From the human T2T-CHM13v2.0 reference genome, Homo sapiens, in the NCBI RefSeq assembly GCF_009914755.1, contig NC_060926.1: a DNA stretch of 64,000 nt, one strand, 5' to 3'. The notes below the pieces were generated by a model. It did no database searches. It had not been told where the DNA came from and saw nothing but the letters and a program-made list of their open reading frames with translations. Both the position numbers and the translations under genes were made by a program. How positions within the stretch are numbered: the first letter of the stretch is position 1; each line of letters begins with the position of its first letter. This document shows, in pieces, positions 29,576 to 48,100 of the stretch.

Positions 29576-30589
29576 GTCAGTGCCCTCACTAACCCCGCAG
29601 CCACCCCTCCTCCTGACACTAAGGGTTCGGCCTCTTCCCTCGGTTTTCTTTGCTTTTTCTCCCCAAGACCTTCTCTGCAGACTCTTACCTTCCCCAAGCC
29701 AAAGCTGCTTTTATGCAGCGTTCATTCATTCGTTCGTTCTCACGTTATGTGGATGCGTCCCCCTTGCTGAGCATTAGGGATCCAGCAATCACCTGCTCTC
29801 CACCTTTTCAATTCTGTCGCACTAGACCTTGCTTCCCAACATTCCCACCCTGCAGAAGCAGCTTTCGTAGAATAACGTCAGGTGCACTTACTCATCTTCC
29901 TTTCGGAAAATTAACTGTGGCTCTTACTTCACCAGCAGACTTCTTTCCTTCAGTATTACATGTCACCCTGCCCACACCACAGTACTTCAGACTCGAGTTC
30001 CCTCTCTCGTATTCGTTCTCCCTCAGTTGTATACACACACGGACATACGCAAACGCACAGCTCCAAGGGAACTTTTTCCTTTCCTAGTTGTTTCTGAGAG
30101 GGCTATTTGGCCTGTGAGATGTTAACGACCCTTTATGCAGAATATCCTTTACAGTTTTCATGTATTACGACTGTTATTTGAGTCCCCAGAACATGAGCTT
30201 CTATGTTGAGTTTTCCTGTAGTGAAGAACATTTGTAACCTCGCGGAAATGAAAATTCCCTCTTGGGGGAGTGGACCGCTGAAAAGTCTTCCTGTCCACGT
30301 GTACCTACTGCAGGCTAATAAATATTGTACTCTTATGACACTTACCATGTAGTAATTAACTCATTTACTTCAAATTGAAGTCCCGGAAAAAGCAAAATTT
30401 TTTTAAACTTTTTATTCCAATTACCTTCAAGCATTCAACTTGCAATACTTTATTATATTCTTTCATTATCATTTCATTGAAACAGTAAGTGACACTATGA
30501 TGTCAAAACAAGATGTGTCAAGTTAATGGATGTTATTACCACATAGCTTTCTATTTGCAAGTGTTAGGGGTTTTTTGGTTTGGTTTGGT

Positions 30590-32973
<2,384 letters not shown>

Positions 32974-33456
32974 AAAAAATTTGTGTATTTTTGATGTGTA
33001 CATTAACTAGAGTTAATAATTATGATATTCTTTGCTTATTGATGTTTAGCACTCAGTTTTGTTTTTGTGTTAATATTTTCCTTCTGAAGTATCACCTCTG
33101 TCGTTATGTTTAATTATTCATTACTTTATAGAGTTCAGAGATTTCACCAAATTAAACCACAAATCAGTCTAATTTTCTGTCTACTTCTGTTGTTGATGTA
33201 GAATATATTTTACTCAGATTTTCCCAAGCACTACTATTTGACCAACTCCATGGTTTATAGCATGTCATATACATTGACAGGTTCTACCAACAAGTGTATT
33301 TTATAGCCTCTACCAGAATAGAAGTTCTCTCATCCTCTAACCAACCTAATTCCTCCAGACCCACGTCAAACATTAGGAGTTCCTCTCATGCCAAGATATT
33401 TTTTAAGTTCCTTAACTTTTAAAGTACCCCAGCACCTCTGATTAGTTTCACTATAT

Positions 33457-33541
33457 TAAAATTTGACTTTATGTCAAATCTCTAATAAAATTTGACTTTG
33501 TCAGATCTCTAATAAAATTTGACTTTGTGTCAAATCGCTAA
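33457..33541. repeat. Three-copy 27-29 bp tandem repeat with an internal palindrome
   Basis: TAAAATTTGACTTT(A/G/-)TGTCAAATCTCTAA-type unit repeated three times. Confidence 0.9.
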
Positions 33542-34098
33542 TTTCCTCTTCCACTGAAAATACCTTGTTATGTAAAGTAAGTTTTTTATACTATCTAATT
33601 CTGTACATTCAGAATTTATTATATTTTGTTTTCTTAAAGTAAAACCTGTTTTATACAATCAGAATCCTGATTTTAGTGGATCCGAATTTTTAGAAAAATT
33701 ATAAAAGATAAACTTTTTCTCCGTAATTCCTGTTACCAAAAAGTAAAGTTTGCTAAAAATATATTTTGTGGTCCCAATAAGTGACTCACTATTTCAGCAG
33801 AGTTTTCAGATAGAATTGCTATTTGGCTTATTTTATTGGGAAAGCAGCCTTTCCTAAACTAATGAAAGACTATTATTTGCATCAAGAATTGTCTTCCCTT
33901 TTTTGCTGTGGTTCCAAACAAGCAGTTTCTTTTTACATTTGAAGCATTTTGGAGACCATTTTGAAAGGAATTACAAATGTTATGTCTTATAGCAAATCGT
34001 TGGCACAATTGAATAAATGTTTCTAAGAAATTCTTTATCATAAGTTTAGCTTTGCAACTGTTACTTTCAAATCTCTTTGATTCCCTCATCATCTATAA

Positions 34099-34414
<316 letters not shown>

Positions 34415-34922
34415 TTTTTTTTTTTTTTTTTAATAAGTTGCCCAGGCTGGGGTCAAGCAGTTCTCCCGCCTCAGCCTCCTGAGTAGCTGAGATTACAGGT
34501 GCACATCTTACTTACAGTGGCTTTTTAAACAAGTATCCTTGGCCATAATTCAAGTCTGCATAGTAATCTAGGAGAAGTTTGTGAAAGCTGATTCAAATAT
34601 GTTAAAATATTTAAAAGCTCACAGAATATGGAGCCAATCTGTTTGAATTCTCTGGCCTCTGCTACTTCTAGGTTTTTTAACCTTGGACAAATGGTTGAAG
34701 CCCTGGGCGTTAGTGTCTGTTTCCGTAAAAATGAGCATCATACTTGTTTTGAGGATTAATGAGTTAATGAATGTAAAACACTTAAAACAGTACTGTCCTA
34801 GAACTAATACAGCTAGTACTTACTGCTTTGTTTTGTTTTTTTTGTCTTAGGGAAAATGCTGTAATTTGCTTTTGTGTTTAGGATTACAGTGGTGCCAAGT
34901 AGTACTGGTTTTATTATAGTTA

Positions 34923-37151
<2,229 letters not shown>

Positions 37152-38130
37152 GCAACCAATTATTAACGTTTTGAATGAAAATCTAACTCCACACTTGCTT
37201 TCTTTATAGAAATTAGGGTTTTAAAACAAGATACAATTTTTAAATGTATATGTGACTTTTTAAATAAATGATTGTTTATAAATAAGTCTGTAGGTACCCC
37301 ATGCTTTCTCATTATCTTAGCCCATGCCGTTTTCTTCCTCCTAAAATGCCCTAATTGCCTCTTATCCATCCTTCAAGGCAATGACTTCTTTCAAGATGAA
37401 ACAGGAGAGGCAGCATGGTAAAATGGGAAGGACACCGGCCTAGGAGCCAGGAGGCTGAGGTATAGGCTATAGCTAGCTGTGGAACCTTGAACAAATTTGA
37501 AACTGACTTCCTCCACTCAATAAATTTATTAAGCCAATTCAGTAATATTTTCATGATCTGGAAAATAGAAATATTAAACTCAGTGCTTTATTGGGTTTTG
37601 TTCAGATTTGAAATCAAAGACCACTGTTTTAAGTCTCCTTGAGACACACACACACACGCACACGGCATTCAAATCTGAAATGTAAAAATACATAAAAAAC
37701 TGAAAAGTGCCTTAAAACTTTCCAATATATCCTATAAGATTCAACTATTCTAAGGGCTTTCATAGCTAAGAATTTGTTTGGGTACAAGCATTTAAAAATT
37801 CTGAAATAGGTTTATAAGAATTGTTCAGGAAACTGATACTTAAAAACCTTTTTTCCCTCCATTCTTGCCTTGTGAAAAGCAAAAATACATTTAAAAAAAA
37901 CCTTTTTTTAAGAAAGCATGAACTCTGTGAAGATTATTTTACGGCTCCATATTTTATACTTCAGTTATTTGAAAGCAATGGCGTACCGTAGGGTCTTGTT
38001 AAACATTTTGACTTTTTTTTCTCTTTTATTTCTAAGCATTTGTGATTTGAGTAATGAGTTAATATCCAAACAGCAAAGTTGGGTGAAATTCTAGAAAAAC
38101 TGTAAGTATTAAACTCCAATTCTTTCTTAG

Positions 38131-38211
38131 GAAGAAGAAAAGGATTATAAAGGCCCTAATCCAAGAGAGCTTTTGGAGCCACTATTTAAACAAAGCAGTT
38201 GTTCCTACAGA
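38131..38211 (+). CDS. ERLEC1: ERLEC1 exon 3
   Basis: TAG|[27 protein letters not shown]|GTATGT; 81 nt. Confidence 0.95.
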
Positions 38212-38989
38212 GTATGTATTTTATGTTTACTTGATGACTAGAAAATAGATTACCAACAGCCAACAGACCTTTGAAAATACCGTTTCTTCTTTATTATGTT
38301 GTGTCAGGTTTTTTTTTTAACTATTATTTTAGGTTTAGGGTTACCTGTGCAGGATTGTTATATAGGTAAACTGCATGTCACTGGGGTTTGGTGTACAGAT
38401 TATTTAGTCACCTAGATAATGAATATAGTACCTGATGGGTTGGTTTTTTTTTTTTTTTTCTTTTAATCCTCTCCCTCCTCCCATTCTTTACCTTCAAGAA
38501 GGCCCTAAGTCTGTTATTCCCCTCTTTGTGTCCATGTGTTCTCATTTTTTAGCTCCCATTTATATAAATGAGAACATACAGTATTTGGTTCTCTGTTCCT
38601 ATTGTATCAGATGTTAAGTTAGGTATAAATATAAATTATTTCTTTTTTTTTCTTTCTTTGCTTTTTTCTTTTTGAGAAAAGGTCTCATTCTGTCACCCAG
38701 GCTAGAGTATAGTGGCATGATCACGATTCACTGCAGCCCCAACGTCCCATGCTCAAGCTGTTCTCCCACCTCAGACTCCCCAGTAGCTGAGCACCACCAT
38801 GCCCTGCTAATTTTTGTATTTTTTATAAAAATGAGGTTTTTCACAGTGTTGCCCAGACTAGTCTCAGACTCCTGAACTCAAGCCATCCACCCGCCTCAGC
38901 CTTTTAAAGTGCTAGAATTACAGGCGTGAGCGACTGTGCCCAGCTAGTTATTTCTTAATAATATCTTATTCATTTAAATTCCTGTCTAG

Positions 38990-39397
<408 letters not shown>

Positions 39398-39710
39398 TAA
39401 TAGAATTTTAATTTAAATTGCTAATTGTTATTTTTTAAGCTATGTAGAAAATTGTCCCTAAGCCAGGTAATTATTACAGACCCCAAGTGTATTCTAGACC
39501 TATTTCCTTCACAGAATTCTCACATAGAGCTAGTGAAAATAATGAATAGACTTCAGAAATTTCACATTTTTTTGAGGCATAATTATAAGTGTCATTTAAT
39601 GAAAGCTTACTCTGAAATCTTAGGGGAAGTCTCAGCTGCTTCAAATATCAGAAAGTAATTCAGCTGAGTTATGTGGCTTTTGTGTATTGAAATATATCCA
39701 TCTTTTTTAG

Positions 39711-39788
39711 ATTGAGTCTTATTGGACTTACGAAGTATGTCATGGAAAACACATTCGGCAGTACCATGAAGAGAAAGAAACTGGTCAG
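39711..39788 (+). CDS. ERLEC1: ERLEC1 exon 4 (MRH domain 1)
   Basis: TAG|[26 protein letters not shown]|GTGTGT; 78 nt. Confidence 0.95.
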
Positions 39789-39927
39789 GTGTGTTTTTCT
39801 TCAAAATATTATTATGAAACATTATAAGATGAGAACTTTAATAATGAGATTGATAGTTTTAAAGTTGTATCCTTAAAAATGTCTTTGCAAAATACTTAGT
39901 ATATTTTTATTTTACTTTTCAATGTAG

Positions 39928-39991
39928 AAAATAAATATTCACGAGTACTACCTTGGGAATATGTTGGCCAAGAACCTTCTATTTGAAAAAG
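39928..39991 (+). CDS. ERLEC1: ERLEC1 exon 5
   Basis: TAG|[21 protein letters not shown]+G|GTTGGT; 64 nt. Confidence 0.93.
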
Positions 39992-40173
39992 GTTGGTGTC
40001 TACCCAGTGATTTGACAGTAATGCTGGAATTTGGTTTAAAATATATGTTCAAAATGGAATTTACGAGATTTTTTTTTTGGACATTGTGTGAATTTTAAAA
40101 TACTGAAATAGGCTGGGCGCGGTGGCTGACGCGTGTAATCCCAGCACTTTGGGAGGCCAAGGCAGGAGGATCA

Positions 40174-40620
<447 letters not shown>

Positions 40621-41242
40621 TAATTTTCGTATTTGTTGTAGAGATGGAATTTCGCCATGTTGCCCAGGCTGGTCTCAAACTCCTGGCTCAGGCGATCCCC
40701 CTACCCAAACCTCCCAAAGTCCTGGGATCGTATGCATGAGGATGAGCCACCATGCACAGCCTAAAAGCTTTACTAAAATAAGTAAGAAAAAAACATGTTT
40801 ATCAAAGCAGAAAATAGTGAAAACAATGCCAGGTGCATGTTAGTGTTATATATAAGTGTTAGTCTTCTGCTTGGCTTAAGCAAAGTTATTATATGTAGAA
40901 ATAGATATATCTCTCAAATTGTGAAATATGTTTATTCTATATTCAGATTGGTCAGTTAATTTAATATTAAATTTTTCACTGAGATAAAAATACCTCGAAA
41001 GAAAATTGTTGTGGCCAGTTTTCTACCTGAAATAGAGTATTTCCTGGGTAAAGATTAAATATGACTTCCTTTCATACAAAACCATTTCAAGGAAACTAGC
41101 TTTAAAGTAGTAAGATAAAAATCATATGTGTTTTGGACCTTCTTTAGAAAGAAGATTAAGGTTACAAAGGTGGTTGAAAACTTACTCATTTGTACCACAT
41201 ATGTCACTGCTCATTCTTTACACTTACCTTATTATTCCACAG

Positions 41243-41277
41243 AACGAGAAGCAGAAGAAAAGGAAAAATCAAATGAG
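41243..41277 (+). CDS. ERLEC1: ERLEC1 exon 6 (35 nt, GC donor)
   Basis: CAG|(E)REAEEKEKSNE|GCAAGT; restores phase 0 (64+35 = 99 nt). Confidence 0.9.
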
Positions 41278-42270
41278 GCAAGTGACAGATGTTGATTTTT
41301 TTCCTCTTAACACTTATTGTTAGTGAGGTATGAATTTATATAACCCAAGTGACAGAATATATCTTTATGTTCTTATTCTTCATCTATCAAATACCTTGAA
41401 GGACTGGGTCAAAGAATCTTTGCAGTATATTCCTTTTTTCCGAGAAAAGTTACACTGTGGTCTTTCTATTTACTCTTAAGATTATACAAAAATAAATCTA
41501 TCACTGATGTATCTGGGGAAGATTCTGTAATAGCATTATATCACTTACGTGCTTAGCAGTGGTTCCCTCTATATAACACTGGAAACTATTAAGAGTTTTG
41601 GTCCCCATTTCCTGTGGGCAAAACAGGTAAACTATAATGTAAATAACAAGCTACCAAACTGCAAGCATGTTAAAAGCAGGGACAGTCTTTTATCTCTTTA
41701 CCCCACAGTACAAAGCAGAGTGTCAGACATATTATAGGCACTTCATAAATGTTAATAGAAAGAATGGATAAATGATTTCTGTAACATAGGGACGTTTAAA
41801 AAGAATAATTCCTCAGGAAATCTAATCACAATTTTTAAATCCCAAAAATTTTTATAGAGTTTTTAAAAATAACTTATTAATAGAGGATATTTCCATAAAT
41901 GGCTTAATATCATACTGATACTTTTTTTAGAAGTAAAGTAAAATGGCAAAGTCTTTGAAAATTACTTAAAAGTGATGCCTATAACTTTAAAGGGTAGCTT
42001 TGGAGAGACTTGATAAGCTAAGCAGAGACACACATAGCATTGCTATTTTAAAAGATTTTAATTTTATAGACTACCTTTGAGATTAAAATAGTTATTTACT
42101 GTGACTCTGAAAGACAGCAAAAGATGGAATTCAAAGTGTAAAATGATAAAGGAAGAGGAAGAAAATGGTAAGGGAAGAAAACTATTTTTTGAGCCCCAGT
42201 TTATAAGCCAGACACTGCCAGACATTTAACAAAAGCTAATGTTTAATTCTCCCAAAAACCTTTTAATACA

Positions 42271-42582
42271 CAGTCATGAATCGCTTAGCAGTGGAGGTGC
42301 ATTATGAGAATTATGTGGTTACGTGATTTTATCATTGTGCAAACATAATAGAGTGTACTTACACAAACCTACGTGGTATGTGTATTTTTATTTATATTTT
42401 TTCCCCATAGAAAACCAAGTTCGCAGTACCATTACAGAATATCAGTCATTTCTGCTACCGCAATGCCAATATCAAATACGATATATCAGATTTCTGATAT
42501 ATGCTCCATTACAATCTTATGGGGCCATTGTCTTATATAAGGTCCATTGTTGACCAAAACATCATTATGCAGTGCATGACTG
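42271..42582 (+). mobile_element. Tigger3-derived MITE
   Basis: CAGTCATG...CATGACTG-TA terminal inverted repeats; ATAGAGTGTACTTACACAAACCTA core. Confidence 0.8.
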
Positions 42583-43592
42583 TATATTATTATTCTGCTT
42601 TTACAAATGATAAAAACTGAAATTTATTCAAAGCCATAAATCTAGTAAATTTAAAGCTTGGATTTGAACCCAGGATTTTCTAATTTCAGACACTAGCTTA
42701 AAAATCACATACATATAAGGAAATCTCAAAACATTTTTTCCTGAAAACATTATTTATTCTGGTTTCGGACATAGTGCTGATAGGGTACTAAAGTGATAGA
42801 AGATGAGATCCCTGCCTCCAAAGAGCTTGTTTGGAGATATTATTAACAGTGCCTTTTTAAAGTTCTTAGAGTGGATTTTTCTTGTGTTTATGTAGAGAAA
42901 AGTATAGGAGCTAACTTCTTAGTGATCTTTGTCTTCTCAGGTTCTATCCTTTATTCCTTCATTCCATGAAAAATTTTTAATTTGTCTTTTGCTGGCCTTG
43001 AGTATATTTATATAGGAGTTTACATGCTGGATAGTATTGCTGTTAATATTAAAAACGGGGAAGAAGAGTAAGTAGATTGATGAACCAGTCAGTACTGTAT
43101 TTAAACTTCTGTTTTAGAATAGTGTGTTTTACTATACAACCCTATTTTTTGGCAAATCAGCCTTCAGACCTATCAAATCTAAACTCTAATATAGCCATTT
43201 ACCGAGAGTTTAGAGAAGAAAGCTCTGAGCAGCCCAGTATAGTAAGTTTCTATATTTTATCTTAGTCTCTTTCTTTAGAACTGTTGAGAATAATTCATAT
43301 TAATCATTATTTTGTAGCCCTTTATATAAATGTACATTTACTTAACATGTTAATTTTGGCACTAAATAATCTTTTTGCTGTATTAAACTAGCTCTGAAAA
43401 TACATATTTGCTCAAATAAAAACTTACGAATCAAAATAATATTAGAGGGAGAACTTAAAATATAGAAGTGTTACCTTTCAGTTAATTAGTAAAATGTAGT
43501 TTTCTTCCTTTCAGAATAATAAGTTCCTCTCCCACCCCCAGTCCCATCTCCATGTCTAATGAAAAGTCTGTCTTATACTCTTTTTTTTTAAG

Positions 43593-43816
43593 ATTCCCAC
43601 TAAAAATATCGAAGGTCAGATGACACCATACTATCCTGTGGGAATGGGAAATGGTACACCTTGTAGTTTGAAACAGAACCGGCCCAGATCAAGTACTGTG
43701 ATGTACATATGTCATCCTGAATCTAAGCATGAAATTCTTTCAGTAGCTGAAGTTACAACTTGTGAATATGAAGTTGTCATTTTGACACCACTCTTGTGCA
43801 GTCATCCTAAATATAG
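43593..43816 (+). CDS. ERLEC1: ERLEC1 exon 7
   Basis: AAG|[24 protein letters not shown]...[18 protein letters not shown]+AG|GTAGGA; 224 nt. Confidence 0.95.
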
Positions 43817-43908
43817 GTAGGATGTGCATTTAATATTTTAAACATAAAATGCACACATGCTTTAAAGTGTTCTGTGCATAGCTTTAATGCTTTGTTCCTA
43901 CTGAACAG

Positions 43909-44038
43909 GTTCAGAGCATCTCCTGTGAATGACATATTTTGTCAATCACTGCCAGGATCTCCATTTAAGCCCCTCACCCTGAGGCAGCTGGAGCAGCAGG
44001 AAGAAATACTAAGGGTGCCTTTTAGGAGAAATAAAGAG
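43909..44038 (+). CDS. ERLEC1: ERLEC1 exon 8
   Basis: CAG|G+[21 protein letters not shown]...RRNKE|GTATGA; 130 nt, after a 92-nt intron. Confidence 0.95.
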
Positions 44039-45679
44039 GTATGAGAATTGTCTAATGATAGCTTTTTGGTGCTTCATTTTTAAAATTTCAGAGCATATGT
44101 CAATATTTTAATGATTTCTGTAGTATAATGGTAGTAATTTATTTTACTGGCCCAACCTTTTGAATTTCATTTCTTTTCATTGATTTTAATCCTTTTCCTT
44201 ATTCTAGTACTACTCAAACTATTTTAATATTCTCTTATATTCATAATTTCATAATATTTTAAAGTTTGACATCCTACTCATTATAATTTAATTTTTAGGT
44301 ATTTGTCCCAGCTAACCCTCTTGAAAAATAGACTAAAACCCTATCTCTGTCTCCTGATACATTATTAATTCTTCAGCTCATTGCTGCCCTTTTAACCACT
44401 TCTCTACACTGCCTCCCCATTTTAATATATTGTCTTCCATTTTCATCTGCCTACTGGGCATAGCCATATATACATTTTTAATAATTTCACACTCATCATT
44501 TTTTTCTCTTTCATACTGACCCTTTTCTTGCCTTCTCCTGTGTTCTACCCAATTGACCAATTAGAAACCTAAGTCTTTTTTCTTACCTGTATCTCTTCAT
44601 TTATCTCTAACTCTAATCATCCACTAAAAGGTATCAGTGTTATCTTCTAAAGGCTTTTTAAATCCATCCTGTCATTAGTTCAGGACTTCATTATTTCTTG
44701 GAACCAGAAACTGGTCTCTTAACACATCCCCTTTCTAATTCTTCCCACACAGCTGATAAAATGCTCTTTCTGAAATCACCCTTTGATTATGTGTTTAATC
44801 TCTTGGTAGTTAACACATACTACATCTCAGGATAGAATCATCACTCGTGTAATACAAACCCCTTTGTGGTCTGATTTCAGCCTCATCTTTCATCACCATT
44901 CCCTTCATCCCAGCTGTTTTGAACAGCTTAGAGTTTCTTAAAAGTACCGCGGAGTTTTGCTCTCTCACCCAGGCTGGAGTGCAGTGGCATGATCTCGGCT
45001 TACTGCAGTCTCCGCCTCCCTAGTTCAAGCAATTCTCCTGCCTCAGCCTTTCAAAGTGCTGGGATTACAAGCGTGCACCACCTCACCCAGCCCTACTTGA
45101 CCTTCAGTATATTGTTTTCTTCTTCTCTTGCGTTGTCCCCTCCCACCCCTTCTGCTCATGAACTTCTACTTAGGCTTGAAGATGTGATTCCAATGTTACT
45201 TCCTTTGGAAATGAGCCAAAACTTCCAGTGGATTAACCCAGGAAGAGATAACTACTTCCTCTTCTGTGGTCTTGTATTTCATTCAGACCTCCATCATAGC
45301 ACTTACATGGCTAAGACTGATTGTTTTACCTATGGATGTTTCATTAAACCAGAAGGCAGAAGAAACATACTTGGCTGCAAGGCTTGTTTCTTTGCTTCCT
45401 CTTGAGTACTTCTGCAAAAATATTACTGGACTCTTTGTGCATGTTGTGACCAACACTGTCATTCTGATAGGAGGAAAATGTGATTAATTCCACAGTTTAA
45501 TTTGAAATGCTATATTAAAAGATTTGGGCTAGAATTCTCTTCTGGTCTTCGTTTTGATAGTGAAGTATACTGGCACATACTTAAAAGTTAGCTCAATCAA
45601 AATGCTTCATAAATCCCAGCTTTCGTTACTCTTCAAGGAAAAGATGCCAGTTTACTTCTCTTTAAATAATGTGTTTAGT

Positions 45680-48100
45680 CTGGGCATGGTGGCTCATGCC
45701 TATAATCCCAACACTTTGGGAGGCCGAGGCAGGAGGATTGCTTGAAGCCAGGAGTTCAATACCAGACTAGACAACTAAAACCCTGTCTCTACAAAAAAAA
45801 AAAAAAAATTCAGCCAGTGATATAAAAGTCGTGCTAGCATATAGCTGTAGTCCCAGCTACACAGCAGGCTGAAGTAGGAGGATCACTTGAGCCCAGGAAT
45901 TCAAGGTTGCACTCAACCTAGGTAAAAAGAGTGAGACCCTATCTCAAAATTAATTAATTAAATAATAGGTTTAATCTGCCAGTCGAGAAAAATTGAATTT
46001 TTTAAAGCTACAGATGATAATGCTTTAAAAATATTTAGCATAGGCCAGGCACATGGCCCACGCCTATAATTCCAGCACTTTGGGAGGCCGAGGCAGTCAG
46101 ATCACTTGAGGTCAGGAGTTCAAGACCAGCCTGGCCAACCTGGCAAAACCCCATCTCTACTAAAAATACAAAAAAATTAGCCAGGCACGGTGATACACAC
46201 CTGCAGTCCCAGCTACTCGGGAGGATGAGGCACAAGAATGGCTCGAACCTGGGCAGCGGAGCTTGCAGTTAGCCAAGATTGCACCACTGCACTCCAGCCT
46301 GGGCGACAAAGCGAGACTCCACCTCAACAAAAAATGAAAATAAAAAAATAAAAATACTCAGCATTTTTTTTAATTTCTAATTTTTGTGGGTACATAGCAG
46401 GTGTATATATTTATGGAGTACATGAGATATTTTACATATACTCTTTTGTTGTTGTTGTTGTTTTTGAGACAGAGTTTCACTCTTTCCCCTAAGTTGGAGT
46501 GCTGTGGTGCAATCTTGGCTCACTGTGGCGCAATCTTGGCTCACTGCAACCTCCATCTCCTGGGTTCAAGTGGTTCTTGTGCCTTGGCCTCCTGAGTAGC
46601 TGGGACTATAGGCACGTGTCACCATGCCCAGCTAATTCTTATATTTTTTTAGTAGAGACAGGGTTTTGCCATGTTGCCCAGGCGGGTCTCGAACTCCTGG
46701 CCTCAAGTGATCTGCTTACCTCGGCCTTCCACAGTGCTGGGATTACAGGCATGAGCCACCACGTGTGGCCGGGTACATGAGATATTTTGATACAGATATG
46801 CAGTGCATAATAATCACATCTTGGAGAATGAGGTAGCCATCCCCTCAAGCATTTGTCCTTTGTGTTACAAACAATCCAATGAGACTCTTTTAGTATTATT
46901 GACTATAGTCACCCTGTTGTTCTATCAAGTAGTAGGTCTTATTCATTCTAAGAGGTTTTTTTTGTACCCATTAACCATCCCCACCTCCTTCACAACCTCC
47001 CACTACCCTTCCCAGCCTATAGTAACCATCCTTCTACTCTCTATCTCCATGCATTCAATTGTTTTGATTTTTAGATCCCGTAAATAAGTGAGAACATGGG
47101 ATGTTTGTTTTTCCGTGCATGGCTTATTTCACTTAACATAATGATCTCCAATTCCATCCACGTTGTTGCAAATGACAGGATCTCTTTTTTTTTTTTTTTT
47201 TTTTTTTTGAGATGGAGTCTCACTCTGTTGCCCAGGCTGGAGTGCAGTGGTGCAATCTCTGCTCACTCCAACCTCCAACTCCTGGTTTCAAGTGATTCTC
47301 CTCCAACTCCTGGTTTCAAGTGATTCTCCTGCCTCAGCCTCCTGAGTAGCTGGGATTACAGGCACCCACCACCATGCCCGGCTAATTTTTGTATTTTTAG
47401 TAGAGATGGGGTTTCACCATCTTGGGCAGCTGGTCTCGAACTCCTGACCTCAGATGATCCACCCACCTCAGCCTCCCAAAGTACGGGATTACAGACATGA
47501 GCCACCGCACCCAGCTACAGGATCTTATTCTTATTTATTGCTGAATAGTACTCCATTGTGTATATGTACCCTTTTTTTAATTAATTTTTTTTAGTAGAGA
47601 AAGGGTCTTGCTATGTTGCCCGGGCTGGTTTCGAACTCCTGAGCTCAAGCATTCCTCCTGCCTTGGCCTCCCAAAGTGCTAGGATTACAGGTGTGAACCA
47701 CTGCAGCTGGACGACCCTACATTTTCTTTATCCATTCATCTGTTGATGGACACTTAGGTTGTTTCCAAATGTTGGCTGTTGTGAACAGTGCTGCAACAAA
47801 CATGGAAGTGCAGATATCTCTTCAATATACTGATTTCCTTTCTTTTGGGTATAGACCCAGCAGTGGGATTGCTGGATCTTATAATAATTCTATTTCTAGT
47901 TTTTTGAGAAAGCTCCAGACTGTTCTGTATAGTGTTTGTACTAATTTACATTCCCACCAACAGTATACAAGGGTTACCTTTCCACACATCCTTGCCAGCA
48001 TTTCTTATTGCCTGTCTTTTGGATAAAAGCCGTTTTAACTGGGGTCAGATGATATCTCATTGTAGTTTTGATTTGCTTTTCTCTGATGATCAATGATGTT
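45680..48100. mobile_element. Alus (45680-45955 +, 46043-46350 +) and an antisense L1MA 3' end (about 46365-48100) interrupted by three antisense Alus
   Basis: L1 blocks resume after each Alu, with TSDs GTACATGAGATATTTT and ACAGGATCT. Confidence 0.85.

Larger units (their letters stand above)
28560..29620. promoter_or_regulatory. Bidirectional CpG-island promoter of ASB3 (-) and ERLEC1 (+)
   Basis: CpG-dense; GC box GGGGCGGAG at about 29242; ETS CCGGAAG at 29269-29275; GACGTGGC at 29278-29285; TTTATAG at 29314-29320; YY1-like AAATGGC at about 29049. Confidence 0.88.

Noticed and set aside
29576-30087. ORF extensions beyond ERLEC1 exon 1
   Set aside because: Read-through into intron 1 past the CTG|GTCAGT donor.
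33457-33541. CRISPR-like palindromic repeats of about 29 bp
   Set aside because: The repeats abut with no spacers, in a eukaryotic intron with no cas genes; kept only as a tandem repeat.
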